DNA from: Candidatus Nanohaloarchaea archaeon
GTDB taxonomy: Archaea; Nanohalarchaeota; Nanosalinia; Nanosalinales; Nanosalinaceae
Assembly (NCBI GenBank): GCA_014297435.1
Contig: JACOQA010000001.1
Span: forward strand, 64,001 to 128,000
Direction of reading: 5' to 3'
Length of the DNA stretch: 64,000 nucleotides
Shown here in pieces: positions 29,372-39,347 of the stretch. Both the position numbers and the translations under genes were made by a program. Each line of letters opens with the position of its first letter. Within the stretch, counting starts at the first letter, position 1. The notes beneath the pieces are model-generated. The model worked only from the letters and a program-made list of their open reading frames with translations. It did no database searches and was not told the DNA's origin.

Positions 29372-31054
29372 ATGGAACTTGAAGAACTCGCCCGCAAATA
29401 TGCCTTAAAGAATGCCTCCGAGTACGGAGGGGAATGCAACCCTGGAGCAGTAATCGGACAGATCATGAGCGAGGAAGACTTCGATCCTCAAAAGGTCCAG
29501 CAAGTTGCAGGAAAAGTATGTGGTGAAGTTAACCAGCTTTCTGTAGAAGAAATTGAAGAAGAGCTGGAAAACTACGATTATGAGGAGAAAACGCATGAAC
29601 ATGATCCAATACCTGATCTGGATGTCGATGAGGATGAAGAGGTGGTTGTGCGTTTCGCTCCGAATCCGAATGGTCCTCCCCACATAGGTCACGCCAGAGG
29701 CATGGTTATCAACGGTGAGCTTAAGCAGAAGTATGAAGGAAAGCTTATACTAAGATTTGATGACACCGATCCAAGGAACAAGAGACCTCTGAAGACCGAG
29801 AGCGCCGACGCATATAAGATGTATCAGGAGGATTACGACTGGCTTGGTTACGAGGTCGATGAGGTTCGTTATAGTTCGAAAAACTTTGACAAGTATATCG
29901 AGTACGCTGAAAAATTGATAGAGAAAGAGAAAGCCTACGTATGCTTCTGTTCTCAGGAAGAAGGCAGCAAGTACCGCAGAGAAGGAGAGGCATGTCCTCA
30001 CAGAGGTAAGTCAGTTGAGGAAAACATGGCTGACTGGGAAGAGATGAAGAACGGTGAAATAAATGAAGGAGAAGCCGTCCTCAAAGTTAAGACAGATCTT
30101 GATCACAAGAACCCAGCTGTACGAGACTTCGCAGCTTTCCGGATTATAGAGGATCCAGACCATCCAATAACTGGTGACAAATACCGTGTGTGGCCGATGC
30201 TAGATCTCGCAGGAGCATTGGAAGACCATTTCATGGGAACTACTCATATCGTACGTGGAAAAGACCTTAGAGCCTCAACAAAGAGACAGAAGTACATTTA
30301 CGACTACTTCGACTGGGAATACCCAGACATTCGTTACTGGGGTAATATTCAGATCTCCGGTTTCGACGCTCCTGTATCTGGCTCCACTCTTGGAAACATG
30401 ATTGAACAAGGAGAGCTCGATGGATGGGATGATGCACGTGCTCCAACGTTGAGAGCGTTGATGAAGAGAGGTTTCCAGCCTGAAGCAATCCAAGAATTCT
30501 TTATAGATCTTGGCGTAACGGAGAAAGATATTGAGGCTTCAGCAGAAACACTGGAATCGGAGAACAGAGATATAGTCGATGAGAAAGCAGCCAGATACTT
30601 CTTCGTAAGTGATCCTATCGAATTAACAATTGAGGATGTCCCAAACGATGTACAACCGGAAATGCAGGTACATCCAGACTTCCCCGAAAGAGGCACCAGA
30701 AAACCTGAGATAGAGAGGCAGGGCAAGGAGATCAAGTTACTGGTCGAAAAGAATGATCTTGAGGAGGGATTTCTCAGGTTGAAAGGTCTCTGTAACTTAG
30801 AAATAACTGATGTTGAGAAAGGCAGGGCAGTATACCGTGAAGGAGACCACAAACTAGCTCTTGAAAAAGAAGCGGATATAGTTCACTGGTGTCCTAGAGA
30901 TTCTGAAGAAGCAAAAGTATCTATGCCTAATGGTTCTATCGTTGAAGGTGTTTTAGAGCCCTCGAATATCGACAACGGCGAGGTAGTACAATTCGAGAGG
31001 TTTGGATTCGTTCGGCGTGAGCGAAATTCGGAGTTCTACTTCGCTCACCAATAA
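29372..31054 (+). CDS. gltX: Glutamate--tRNA ligase (archaeal, likely non-discriminating)
   Basis: RFAPNPNGPPHIGH, LRFDDTDP, THIVRGKD, QFERFGF. Confidence 0.96.
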   Translation: MELEELARKYALKNASEYGGECNPGAVIGQIMSEEDFDPQKVQQVAGKVCGEVNQLSVEEIEEELENYDYEEKTHEHDPIPDLDVDEDEEVVVRFAPNPNGPPHIGHARGMVINGELKQKYEGKLILRFDDTDPRNKRPLKTESADAYKMYQEDYDWLGYEVDEVRYSSKNFDKYIEYAEKLIEKEKAYVCFCSQEEGSKYRREGEACPHRGKSVEENMADWEEMKNGEINEGEAVLKVKTDLDHKNPAVRDFAAFRIIEDPDHPITGDKYRVWPMLDLAGALEDHFMGTTHIVRGKDLRASTKRQKYIYDYFDWEYPDIRYWGNIQISGFDAPVSGSTLGNMIEQGELDGWDDARAPTLRALMKRGFQPEAIQEFFIDLGVTEKDIEASAETLESENRDIVDEKAARYFFVSDPIELTIEDVPNDVQPEMQVHPDFPERGTRKPEIERQGKEIKLLVEKNDLEEGFLRLKGLCNLEITDVEKGRAVYREGDHKLALEKEADIVHWCPRDSEEAKVSMPNGSIVEGVLEPSNIDNGEVVQFERFGFVRRERNSEFYFAHQ

Positions 31055-31151
31055 CCTTCTACATTACCCCATAATTGGGTTTTCTTTCAATTGTCTGTTT
31101 GTATCAGTATTTAAGTGGTGGCGCGGTCAGTGTAATCCCCGGTGAGCGCCC

Positions 31152-31313
31152 ATGAAGCCCGAGAACACGGAGAAGAGCAGATCAAGATCGATCGCTAGAA
31201 AAGCAGAAAAGCTAGGTCGTGACGTTATAACCGGTGAAAGAATCTTTACAAACGATTCATATGTTAAGACCAATGAGGGGTACTGTCTAAGAAAGAATCT
31301 TTCCGGTATTTAG
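31152..31313 (+). CDS. Small hypothetical protein (53 aa, absent from the ORF track)
   Basis: MKPENTEKSRSRSIARKAEKLGRDVITGE...; GGTGA SD at 31141, TTTAAG upstream, pyrimidine tract after the stop. Confidence 0.5.
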   Translation: MKPENTEKSRSRSIARKAEKLGRDVITGERIFTNDSYVKTNEGYCLRKNLSGI

Positions 31314-31394
31314 ACCCTTCAAACACATCCTCCTTCATTTCTTCAACCCTTCATAAGCCAATTGAAACAATCTTTATCTTACAGAAGGAGGGTT

Positions 31395-31548
31395 TGGGAA
31401 TGCCGGGGTTCGAACCCGGGACCTCTGCGTATCTCACACTTCTGGAAACCTGTTTAATCATTGGAAGACCGGCTATCCAGAATCGCCGGAACTCCTCATC
31501 GCTCATAGATGTTATGAGCGCAGCGCTCTACCACTGAGCCACATTCCC
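31395..31548 (-). tRNA. tRNA-Met(CAU), probably elongator, with 82-nt intron (31431-31512) at 37/38
   Basis: Cloverleaf GGGAATG/CATTCCC-A, anticodon arm CTGCG-CTCATA^A-CGCAG, BHB CTCA/TGAG with TA^A and AT^A bulges, T-loop GGTTCGAACCC. Confidence 0.93.
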
Positions 31549-31596
31549 TCGTAAATATAGGATGACACTAAACCTTTTTTAATTCCAACAGAACTT

Positions 31597-31908
31597 CTAG
31601 AGGTCTTTAGCCTGCCTGTAAATATCCCAGTTAATATTGCTTAGATCAGACTTCTCGTACTCTGTCATGACGCCACATTCTTCGCAACCGACGTAGTCTG
31701 GTGGTTCTTCAGGGTTATCTTCTTTCGACTCCCAGACAAGCACAACGGGATAATCTTCACTCGCCCATTCACATTTGTAGTGAGAAACCGGTCTGTCAAG
31801 AACCAGTTTGTCTATCTTATTCCACGTTTCAATTGATTCTTCTTCCTCTTCCAGAATCCGAGTTGCGATTCCGTGTTCTTCAGAACCTCGCAGATTTTCG
31901 GTAGACAT
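31597..31908 (-). CDS. Hypothetical protein with CxxCG motif
   Basis: Acidic ORF between two tRNA genes; start moved to MSTENL. Confidence 0.6.
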   Translation of the reverse strand: MSTENLRGSEEHGIATRILEEEEESIETWNKIDKLVLDRPVSHYKCEWASEDYPVVLVWESKEDNPEEPPDYVGCEECGVMTEYEKSDLSNINWDIYRQAKDL

Positions 31909-31948
31909 TACTAAACAAATGGAGAACAAACTATATTATGGTGGCGAG

Positions 31949-32022
31949 TGGGTTCGCCCGGATTCGAACCGGGGATCTCCGCCATGTCAAGGCGGTGTCA
32001 TAACCAACTAGACCACGAACCC
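31949..32022 (-). tRNA. tRNA-Val(GAC)
   Basis: GGGTTCG/CGAACCC-A acceptor, CCGCC-TTGACAT-GGCGG, GGTTCGAATCC. Confidence 0.96.
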
Positions 32023-32138
32023 TCTATATTTTCGGTACTTAACTTACTTTTTTGTACCTTGTAGTACCTATGTTTCCGGATGGTCAGGTTACGCTTAAAT
32101 AACTCGGAGAATACAAGTACATAGAGTGCGTGGGGAAA

Positions 32139-32288
32139 ATGGTAAAATGCGACAACTGTGAACGAGACCTGAACGTTGATCCCGTGGACAAACCAGAAGT
32201 CGACTGGGTAAAAGTAGTATGCAGCGAATGCGGAGAAGTCAAAGACATCTCCATGATTAGATTATCTGCCACCACCTCACGGAAGTAG
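32139..32288 (+). CDS. Small zinc-finger protein (49 aa, absent from the ORF track)
   Basis: MVKCDNCERDLNVDPVDKPEVDWVKVVCSECGEVKDI... Confidence 0.7.
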   Translation: MVKCDNCERDLNVDPVDKPEVDWVKVVCSECGEVKDISMIRLSATTSRK

Positions 32289-32304
32289 CCCCGGCTATGG
32301 AAAA

Positions 32305-32655
32305 ATGGAAGGTTTAAAATACATTCTACGCTCAAAGAGTACTGTGGCAGATGAAAGCAGCGGATTTAGGATAATACAGTTAACGGTGAAGGCACTTTTA
32401 GTTGAAGTTATAGCTATCTTCGGTGCGGTTGCCGCTGTGTTTATGCAACTCTCATTTCTGACGGCGCAATCCCTCTCAAAAATCGTGAATATAGCTATAC
32501 CTCTAGTAATTTTGACATACGCAGCTATGTGGCATGGTTACAAGAAAGACAAAGAATACCTAAAACAGAAATACGGGAAAACGCCTTCTGCAAAGCCCAT
32601 TAAAGGGATTGGCCTATTCCTCTACTCAAGGCAAAGAGCGAAAATAGTAGAGTAG
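32305..32655 (+). CDS. Hypothetical membrane protein (start uncertain)
   Basis: Two hydrophobic segments. Confidence 0.5.
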   Translation: MEGLKYILRSKSTVADESSGFRIIQLTVKALLVEVIAIFGAVAAVFMQLSFLTAQSLSKIVNIAIPLVILTYAAMWHGYKKDKEYLKQKYGKTPSAKPIKGIGLFLYSRQRAKIVE

Positions 32656-32706
32656 TAGATGCCAGAACGGTTTTAAGCTTCTTACATCAAACTTTTCTTG
32701 GTAAAT

Positions 32707-33240
32707 ATGGTTAACAAGTGGCAGGACTACGAAACAGGTCCGGAAGCACCGGATGTAATTAACGCAGTAATCGAAAACCCTTCAGGCGAACAAAATAAAT
32801 ATGAGTATGACAAGGAAAAAGAATCCGTTGTTCTAGATAGAGTGCTTTACTCTTCGATTCAGTATCCGGGCGACTACGGTTTCATCCCGCAAGCCTATTA
32901 CGAAGACGAAGATCCGATGGACATCCTAGTCTTGACAACACATTCAACATTCCCTGGATGCGTTATCGAGGTAAGACCTGTAGGAATTCTTTACATGGAC
33001 GATGGCGGAGAGCAGGACGACAACATCATCGCCGTACCCACTGAAGACCCGAGATGGAACAACGTAACCGATCTTGACGACGTAAACGAGCACAAGAAGA
33101 AGGAGATCAAGGAGTTCTTCAAGACCTACAAGAACCTCGAACCCAAGAAAGAGGTCAAGATCGAGGGATGGGGCGGAAAAGAAGAAGCTAAGGAAGCAAT
33201 AGAAAGAAGTCAAGAACTTTACGAAGATAAGTTCGAGTAA
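32707..33240 (+). CDS. ppa: Inorganic pyrophosphatase (family I)
   Basis: NKYEYDK, LDRVLYS...YP.DYGFIP, D.DPMD. Confidence 0.96.
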   Translation: MVNKWQDYETGPEAPDVINAVIENPSGEQNKYEYDKEKESVVLDRVLYSSIQYPGDYGFIPQAYYEDEDPMDILVLTTHSTFPGCVIEVRPVGILYMDDGGEQDDNIIAVPTEDPRWNNVTDLDDVNEHKKKEIKEFFKTYKNLEPKKEVKIEGWGGKEEAKEAIERSQELYEDKFE

Positions 33241-33270
33241 AATTGAGGTGAAAGCCCTCTTCGCTTTCTA

Positions 33271-33522
33271 TTATTCTAATCTTCCTCTTATGACTTCAGT
33301 AACTTCCTCCAGATCATAGATTAGGGCTCTCTCTACACTAATATTTCCGTTAAGCTTCCTGACCTCATCAACGTAAAAATTATCCTCGTTCTCGAAAATA
33401 ACATACTTGTGTTTTACAGCGCTCAAACTAGGATTATCTCCCTCCCAGTATTTCTCAAAGACTTCATCAGCCAGTTCATCTTCAAGGTCTGAGTAGTATT
33501 CAAGTCTAGAGTGTGCTGCCAC
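33271..33522 (-). CDS. Small hypothetical protein
   Basis: Acidic 83-aa ORF after the ABC operon. Confidence 0.5.
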   Translation of the reverse strand: MAAHSRLEYYSDLEDELADEVFEKYWEGDNPSLSAVKHKYVIFENEDNFYVDEVRKLNGNISVERALIYDLEEVTEVIRGRLE

Positions 33523-33549
33523 TTCGCAAATATGGTTGCCAAAATTATT

Positions 33550-34353
33550 TTAGCTACCGGTACTCGAATACCTTGAAACCCCGAAACTCCAGAAACGGTA
33601 TGCCAAGAGATAGAAGAAAGGTCCGGCAAATAGCGAGACCAACTGCATGGCACCCCAAGAGCCTTTCTCAAGGAAAACTGTTGCAGGGAAGAACGTTGCG
33701 AATGCGAAAGGAATCAACGTAACCAGAAGGATCTGAATCCCCGAGCTATAGATGCCGTAGGGGTACTTCCGGAAATCACTTAGGTTGAATAATATCCAGA
33801 CGATTTGCTGGCTTTTCCCAAGCCAGAAAGCGGATGTTGAAGCAACCAGATATATAGCGCCGAATATTAGAACTCCTGAAACAATAGCTGGTATGGCGTA
33901 CAGCAGTTTCAGAGCTGTTACCTCAATTCCTAACTGTGTTCCTGAGTAAACCACCATCGCGATACTCCCAATTAGCTTGGCTATATTGCTGTCGTTAACG
34001 CCATCGGCGTAAACCTGGAAGAGAGGATTTAACGGTCTTACAAGAAATCTGTCGAAGTCTCCCGTAATAACGTAATTTTCTCCGAATCTGTAAGTGTTGA
34101 GGAAGAATATGTGGTGGAGGTTCATCACTATTCCTCCGAAACCTGCCAGGAAGAGCATCTCGTCGAAGCTCCAGCCGTAGATAGTCTCTACCTGTGTAAA
34201 GAGGAGTCCGAGGAATGCGACAGATATACCTATCTCGATAAATCTCCCTAATAGGCTGAGATAGGTGTCTCCGTGGTAGATAAGTCTTGTCTTTACGTAT
34301 TGCTTGAAATACAGAGCATAGATTCTCAAGTATCTCTTAATCATCTCTTTCAT
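33550..34353 (-). CDS. ABC-2 family (DUF990-type) permease
   Basis: G.FD.FLVRPLNPL, F.KYP..IY; ATGA overlap with the upstream permease. Confidence 0.88.
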   Translation of the reverse strand: MKEMIKRYLRIYALYFKQYVKTRLIYHGDTYLSLLGRFIEIGISVAFLGLLFTQVETIYGWSFDEMLFLAGFGGIVMNLHHIFFLNTYRFGENYVITGDFDRFLVRPLNPLFQVYADGVNDSNIAKLIGSIAMVVYSGTQLGIEVTALKLLYAIPAIVSGVLIFGAIYLVASTSAFWLGKSQQIVWILFNLSDFRKYPYGIYSSGIQILLVTLIPFAFATFFPATVFLEKGSWGAMQLVSLFAGPFFYLLAYRFWSFGVSRYSSTGS

Positions 34354-35138
34354 CCGCCTTGCACCGTTAACTGTTTTCTGGCTTTCCGCCAGAGGAAAGC
34401 GCCTACGATCAGAAGGATCGCTGTCCATGTGATTTGGTGTAGCATAAGTTTTAGGGCTTCAGTGCCGGTTGCCGAGCCCATGAAGATCCTGACTGGTGTG
34501 TCAGTCATTCCCTTAAAAGGCAGGATATTGAATATTGGGGCTATTGATGCAGGAAGTAGGTATAGAGGAAACATTTTGCCGGAGAAAAGGCTTATAGCAA
34601 GATTCCTCATCATCCTGATACTCCATCCTACCTTCGTCCAAAATACCATTACTGATGTTATGAATGCTAGGCTGAAAACAAGGTTGAAAGCTAGGAACAG
34701 GCTTACAAGGAATAATAGTAGTTGAGAGACTGAAGGTACTGCGACATTAAAGAAAAGCCCTCCTGCAACTAGTATAGGAGCAGCAATAACTATTGATTCG
34801 AAGATCTTCCAGCCTGCTTCATGAGTATACGTGTAACCTCTTATGGACATAGGTCTCTTTAATTCGTCTGTTATAGAACCGTCTCTGATCTTATTTCCTA
34901 GAAACATTTCTGTCTGGAGATTGGTCGCTCTTCCAACGGCCTGACCAATCGCTAAGTAGCTCATGACCTGTACAAGCCCACCCTCTATACTTCCTGATGA
35001 GGCGATAGCGCTCCAGATGGCGTAGTAAAGCACAAGAGTCAATAGAGAGTTGATTACGTTGACGAAAGCTACTGTCTTGTAGGCTGCTGCTTCCTTTAAT
35101 GCGATTTTCAGCGACTGGAAGTATTTTCCCCAGTACAT
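34350..35138 (-). CDS. ABC-2 family (DUF990-type) permease
   Basis: IRDGSI..EL.RP, FSG.MFPL, LPF, ends VQGG. Confidence 0.88.
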   Translation of the reverse strand: MYWGKYFQSLKIALKEAAAYKTVAFVNVINSLLTLVLYYAIWSAIASSGSIEGGLVQVMSYLAIGQAVGRATNLQTEMFLGNKIRDGSITDELKRPMSIRGYTYTHEAGWKIFESIVIAAPILVAGGLFFNVAVPSVSQLLLFLVSLFLAFNLVFSLAFITSVMVFWTKVGWSIRMMRNLAISLFSGKMFPLYLLPASIAPIFNILPFKGMTDTPVRIFMGSATGTEALKLMLHQITWTAILLIVGAFLWRKARKQLTVQGG

Positions 35139-35141
35139 AGA

Positions 35142-36122
35142 TTACAGTCCCTCGTTGTAGATCTTCCTGACAACTGAATCGATATCAGGCTCTTTTATCT
35201 TGAAGTCGATAACCTCGTAATCTTGAAGTATTTCCGACATCAAGTCGGCTGCAGAAACTTTTTCTCTGTTAAAAACAACCTCTGTCTCGCCATTTTCTTT
35301 TTCCACACTTTCAACACCCTCTATGGTAAGTTTAAACTCTTCAGGGTTCTTAACATCCATCACTAATCTCCTAGATGTAAAGCGGTCGATCAGGGAGTCA
35401 AGTTGACCGTCATAGATCTTTTTGCCTCCGTCCAGCACGACCACTCTTTCACATAGATCTTCTATATCGTCCATATCGTGTGTTGTCAACATTACTGTAG
35501 TATCTTTCTCTCGGTTCATCTTTCTGATAAAGTCACGGATTCTCTCTTTTACAGCGATATCAAGACCGATTGTCGGCTCATCCAGATAGACAATTTTTGG
35601 GTGGTGGAGGAATGCTGCAGCCAGTTCACACCGCATCTTCTGTCCAAGACTTAACTTTCTGACAGGTTGGTCCCAAAATTCGGAGAGCTGTAGTACTTCG
35701 TCAAACTCTTCTATCCTTTTGTCATAGTCTTCATCTGTAACTTCGTAGATTTCTTTAAGAAGACGGAAAGATTCTTTGACGGGTAGATCCCACCATAGCT
35801 GAGTTTTTTGGCCGAAGACAACGCCTATGTCCATCGCGTTCTTCTTTCTCTCTTCGTAGGGATTGCGACCATTTACTTCGATCTCACCTTCTGAGGGTTT
35901 GAGGATTCCGGTCAGCATTTTGACTGTGGTAGATTTTCCTGCGCCGTTTGAACCAATATAACCTACTATCTCTCCCTCATTGATCTCGAGGTTTAGGTCT
36001 TCTACGGCTTTCACTTCTTCGTATTCTCGTTTGAAGAAGTTTTTCAGGTATCCTTTGACACCCTCTCCCTGCTGGTAGATCTTGAATGTCTTCGAAAGGT
36101 TTTCAGCCCTGATTAATGTCAT
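35142..36122 (-). CDS. ABC exporter ATP-binding protein
   Basis: GSNGAGKST, LSLGQKMR, YLDEPTIGLD, TTHDM. Confidence 0.93.
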   Translation of the reverse strand: MTLIRAENLSKTFKIYQQGEGVKGYLKNFFKREYEEVKAVEDLNLEINEGEIVGYIGSNGAGKSTTVKMLTGILKPSEGEIEVNGRNPYEERKKNAMDIGVVFGQKTQLWWDLPVKESFRLLKEIYEVTDEDYDKRIEEFDEVLQLSEFWDQPVRKLSLGQKMRCELAAAFLHHPKIVYLDEPTIGLDIAVKERIRDFIRKMNREKDTTVMLTTHDMDDIEDLCERVVVLDGGKKIYDGQLDSLIDRFTSRRLVMDVKNPEEFKLTIEGVESVEKENGETEVVFNREKVSAADLMSEILQDYEVIDFKIKEPDIDSVVRKIYNEGL

Positions 36123-36637
36123 AGTCCATTCTTTTTGAGAATGCTTTTTAATCGCTCCTAAACATCCAAAAAACATTATATGTTACTATTATCTAATAAT
36201 AATTATGTCTTCTTTGGATCCCCGCTCTCCAAAAGACGCCCATCAAAGACTTCACCTCGACCTTGCATACAATGAGAGCGGCGAATACAGTACTGAAACC
36301 GTGGAATAAGACTTCCAGGGACTACGGGTTGACTTTTGAGATCTCGAGCTAAATCAGTAAAGTGAAGGTAAGTTTTCAGGCACATTCATGTGTTGTCATG
36401 GCTTTATTACCGATCAAATCGATTCCTTCAGGTCTATCGAAGATATATACTGCGAAAGCGTCCGTATTAAACCTTTGTAGCGGTTCGAGTAAATAGTCTC
36501 CCTCGAAACACTCATCAGGTTGTCTCTGTGAACAATGGTAGTCGGAGAGAATTTTTTTGGTCTCCGAAACTATTCCTTCGTAATTAAACAGGTTTTCACT
36601 GATAATAGGGTGTTTTCGAAATAGTGGTAAGTCTCCA

Positions 36638-38311
36638 CTACTCTTCTACCGTCACCGGAACGCCTTTCTCTTTTAGGTGCTCGACCTGTCTTTTCACAAA
36701 GTCTTCCTCGTTCGAGCCCTTGGTCGCGATGATGTAGACTTGGGCGTCGCCGAAAGGACGCATAACTCTTCCAGCTCTCTGTGTTGCCTGTCTTCTTGAA
36801 CCTCCCTGTCCTGAGGCAATAATACCTACCTCGGCGTCAGGGAGATCAAGTCCTTCATCTCCGATCCTTGAAACGATCACGGTATCGATCTCATCGTTCC
36901 TGAACTTCTCGAAGTAATCTTCTCTATCCTCGAAATCTGTCTCTCCCGAGATGAATGGGATGTCGAACTCTTCGGAAAGCTCTTCGCCCTGTTCAATCCA
37001 GTCGCAGAAAAGAATTGTTTTATCGTTCTCGTGTTTTTCGAGTAAGTCTTCGATGTACTGTGTCTTTCTCGGGTTCTTCGAGGCAATAATCGCCTTCTTG
37101 AAACCTGAGGCTTGGTTGTACTTGTTTCTGTAGAAGTCGCTTTCCCACTCAACGAGCTGGATCTCGACATCCGGCTTCAACACATAATTATCCTGGAAGA
37201 AGCGAGCCCAGTCGGCACCTATCTCTCTTCCGATCAAGGCGAAGATTTCCTTCTCCTTCGAGTCCTCTCTTACAGGCGAGGCTGAAAGACCGATTCTTCT
37301 AGTAGATTGAAGGGATGCTGTTTTTCTGAAAAGCTTCGAAGGAATGTGGTGAACCTCATCGAAGATGATGAGACCCCAGTCGTTCCTGAATAGCGAGGTT
37401 TTCTCCCCGGCCATGTGGTAAGTTGCGATTGTAACGTCGTTCATCTGTTTCTCGTCGCCGTGGTACTCTCCGATCTGATCCTCGGTCAAAGTAGTTTTGT
37501 CCAATAGTTCGCGTTTCCACTGACCGACAAGAGAACGCTGAGGTACTAAAACCAGAGTTGGTGCGTCAACCTTCGCCATCAAACCAATAGAGGTGACTGT
37601 CTTTCCTGAACCTGCAGGGTTCGCAAGAACGGCCGCCTTCTTCTCATAAGCTCTTTCAACATACTCTTTTTGGTAGTCCCTGAGTTCAATTCCATCGAGG
37701 TCTGCGCCGATCTTTTCATCGACTTCTCTAAATTTAGAATTGTCCTCGACAGGATAACCTTTCTTCAGTAGGACCTCTTTAATCTTCGCTCTGCTTTTAG
37801 CACCCATCGCAATTCTTGAGGCTTCGTCAGTGAGATCAACTACAAGGTTCTCTCTTACATCTTCGATGGAACGAGCCCACTCCATTCTCTCCTTGTTTGA
37901 AGCTTCAAGAGTGTGGTAGGTCCCTCTGTGTTCGATTGAGAACACTTCCTGTCTCTCGTAAGTTCTTTCAAGCCAGGAAAGAAAGTTGGGGTAGCTTCCA
38001 AGAATTCTAGTATATTTCTCCTTCATCTCTTCGAGCGATAGATCGGAGTTCCAGATATCCATCTGTTTAACTTTGTACTTGTAGTGGTCGCCGCTCGATG
38101 TGTCCATGTGAGCGATCTCCGACATCTCATTCAAGGTCTCATCATCAGGATTCGAAAGAATGATTTCTCTCTGGGGCTCAAAGAAAACAACGTTCTCTTC
38201 CGAGCTCTCCTCTACGGAATCGGATTCGCCGGTTTCTTGATTTCTTAACTGTTTAATTTCGTCGATAAGTTCCTCGCGCGAAAGGTCTTCAAGCGCCTTT
38301 TCGTTGGTCAT
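36638..38311 (-). CDS. XPB/Rad25-like SF2 DNA helicase
   Basis: LRDYQ, PAGSGKT, DEVHH, GLSASPVRED, DEGLDLPD, QRAGRVMRP. Confidence 0.88.
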   Translation of the reverse strand: MTNEKALEDLSREELIDEIKQLRNQETGESDSVEESSEENVVFFEPQREIILSNPDDETLNEMSEIAHMDTSSGDHYKYKVKQMDIWNSDLSLEEMKEKYTRILGSYPNFLSWLERTYERQEVFSIEHRGTYHTLEASNKERMEWARSIEDVRENLVVDLTDEASRIAMGAKSRAKIKEVLLKKGYPVEDNSKFREVDEKIGADLDGIELRDYQKEYVERAYEKKAAVLANPAGSGKTVTSIGLMAKVDAPTLVLVPQRSLVGQWKRELLDKTTLTEDQIGEYHGDEKQMNDVTIATYHMAGEKTSLFRNDWGLIIFDEVHHIPSKLFRKTASLQSTRRIGLSASPVREDSKEKEIFALIGREIGADWARFFQDNYVLKPDVEIQLVEWESDFYRNKYNQASGFKKAIIASKNPRKTQYIEDLLEKHENDKTILFCDWIEQGEELSEEFDIPFISGETDFEDREDYFEKFRNDEIDTVIVSRIGDEGLDLPDAEVGIIASGQGGSRRQATQRAGRVMRPFGDAQVYIIATKGSNEEDFVKRQVEHLKEKGVPVTVEE

Positions 38312-38416
38312 GCCACACCTTCTGTAACACAAACCTTAAATCCTTGATCAAGGTCAGATTCTCTCAAAAAGCAAATTTTGTCAACGGTTTAAATCTGGCG
38401 CATACCTATATTAGAT

Positions 38417-39016
38417 GTGAAATCGGAGCTTATCCAGAAACTATCAAAGATTGAAGACTTCGAGGAGCCAAAGGTCTCACTCGAGCAGTATTTAACCCCT
38501 CCAGAACTGGCGGCAGATATACTTCATACAGCATTCATGCAGGAAGATATAGAAGGTAAAGAGGTACTGGATCTTGGTACGGGGACGGGAATTCTCGGTA
38601 TAGGTGCAGCTCTTCTAGGTGCGGATGTTAAAGCTGTGGACAAGGATAAGGATGCGCTTGAGATCGCTGAACAGAACGCTGAGAAACTTGGTATGTCGGA
38701 GTTCATTAGTTTTGAACACTTGGATATCGAAGAAGTTGAGGGAGAATATGATACGGTGGTGATGAACCCTCCTTTCTCTGTGCATTCAGAGATAGGTATT
38801 GACTTCCTGAAGAAGGCTGTAGACGTTTCTAACGTGGTTTACACGGTTTCTCATCCTGGTCGCAGAAAGGCTATAAAAGGTTTTCTCGAGAACTCAAACC
38901 ATAGCTTGGAAGCGCTGGAGCAGTACACGGTTAAACTGCCGGCGACCTATGGCTTCCACACAGAGGAAGCCCGCGAAACCGAGATCGACGTTATCATAAC
39001 GAGGCGAAACAAATAA
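38417..39016 (+). CDS. METTL5-family RNA N6-adenine methyltransferase
   Basis: LEQYLTP, DLGTGTG, MNPPF. Confidence 0.9.
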   Translation: MKSELIQKLSKIEDFEEPKVSLEQYLTPPELAADILHTAFMQEDIEGKEVLDLGTGTGILGIGAALLGADVKAVDKDKDALEIAEQNAEKLGMSEFISFEHLDIEEVEGEYDTVVMNPPFSVHSEIGIDFLKKAVDVSNVVYTVSHPGRRKAIKGFLENSNHSLEALEQYTVKLPATYGFHTEEARETEIDVIITRRNK

Positions 39017-39258
39017 TGGAGCTTTCGACAATCGATAAGGAAGGACGAATCATCATCGACATGCAGCAAAACCATACTCTAGGCAATCTTATCAGGAAAG
39101 CTGTCTGGGCGCAGAATGAAGAAGCAGCATACGACAAAGGTCACCCTCTAGGAGACGAATCCAACCTGATCATCGAGTCCGACGAACCTGAAGAAGTTCT
39201 TGAGGACGCGATTGAACAGGCAAGAGAGTGGATGGACGGAGTAGAGTCCGCTTTCTAA
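39016..39258 (+). CDS. rpoL: RNA polymerase subunit L (Rpo11)
   Basis: HTLGNLIR, AAY...HPL; conserved context. Confidence 0.85.
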   Translation: MELSTIDKEGRIIIDMQQNHTLGNLIRKAVWAQNEEAAYDKGHPLGDESNLIIESDEPEEVLEDAIEQAREWMDGVESAF

Positions 39259-39347
39259 CACTATTTCTGCTACTTCTAGCTTACTCCTGTTTTTATGCAG
39301 CGATTCTCTAAGAAGATTGAAAAGGTATCCTATCCAATTTCGAAACA

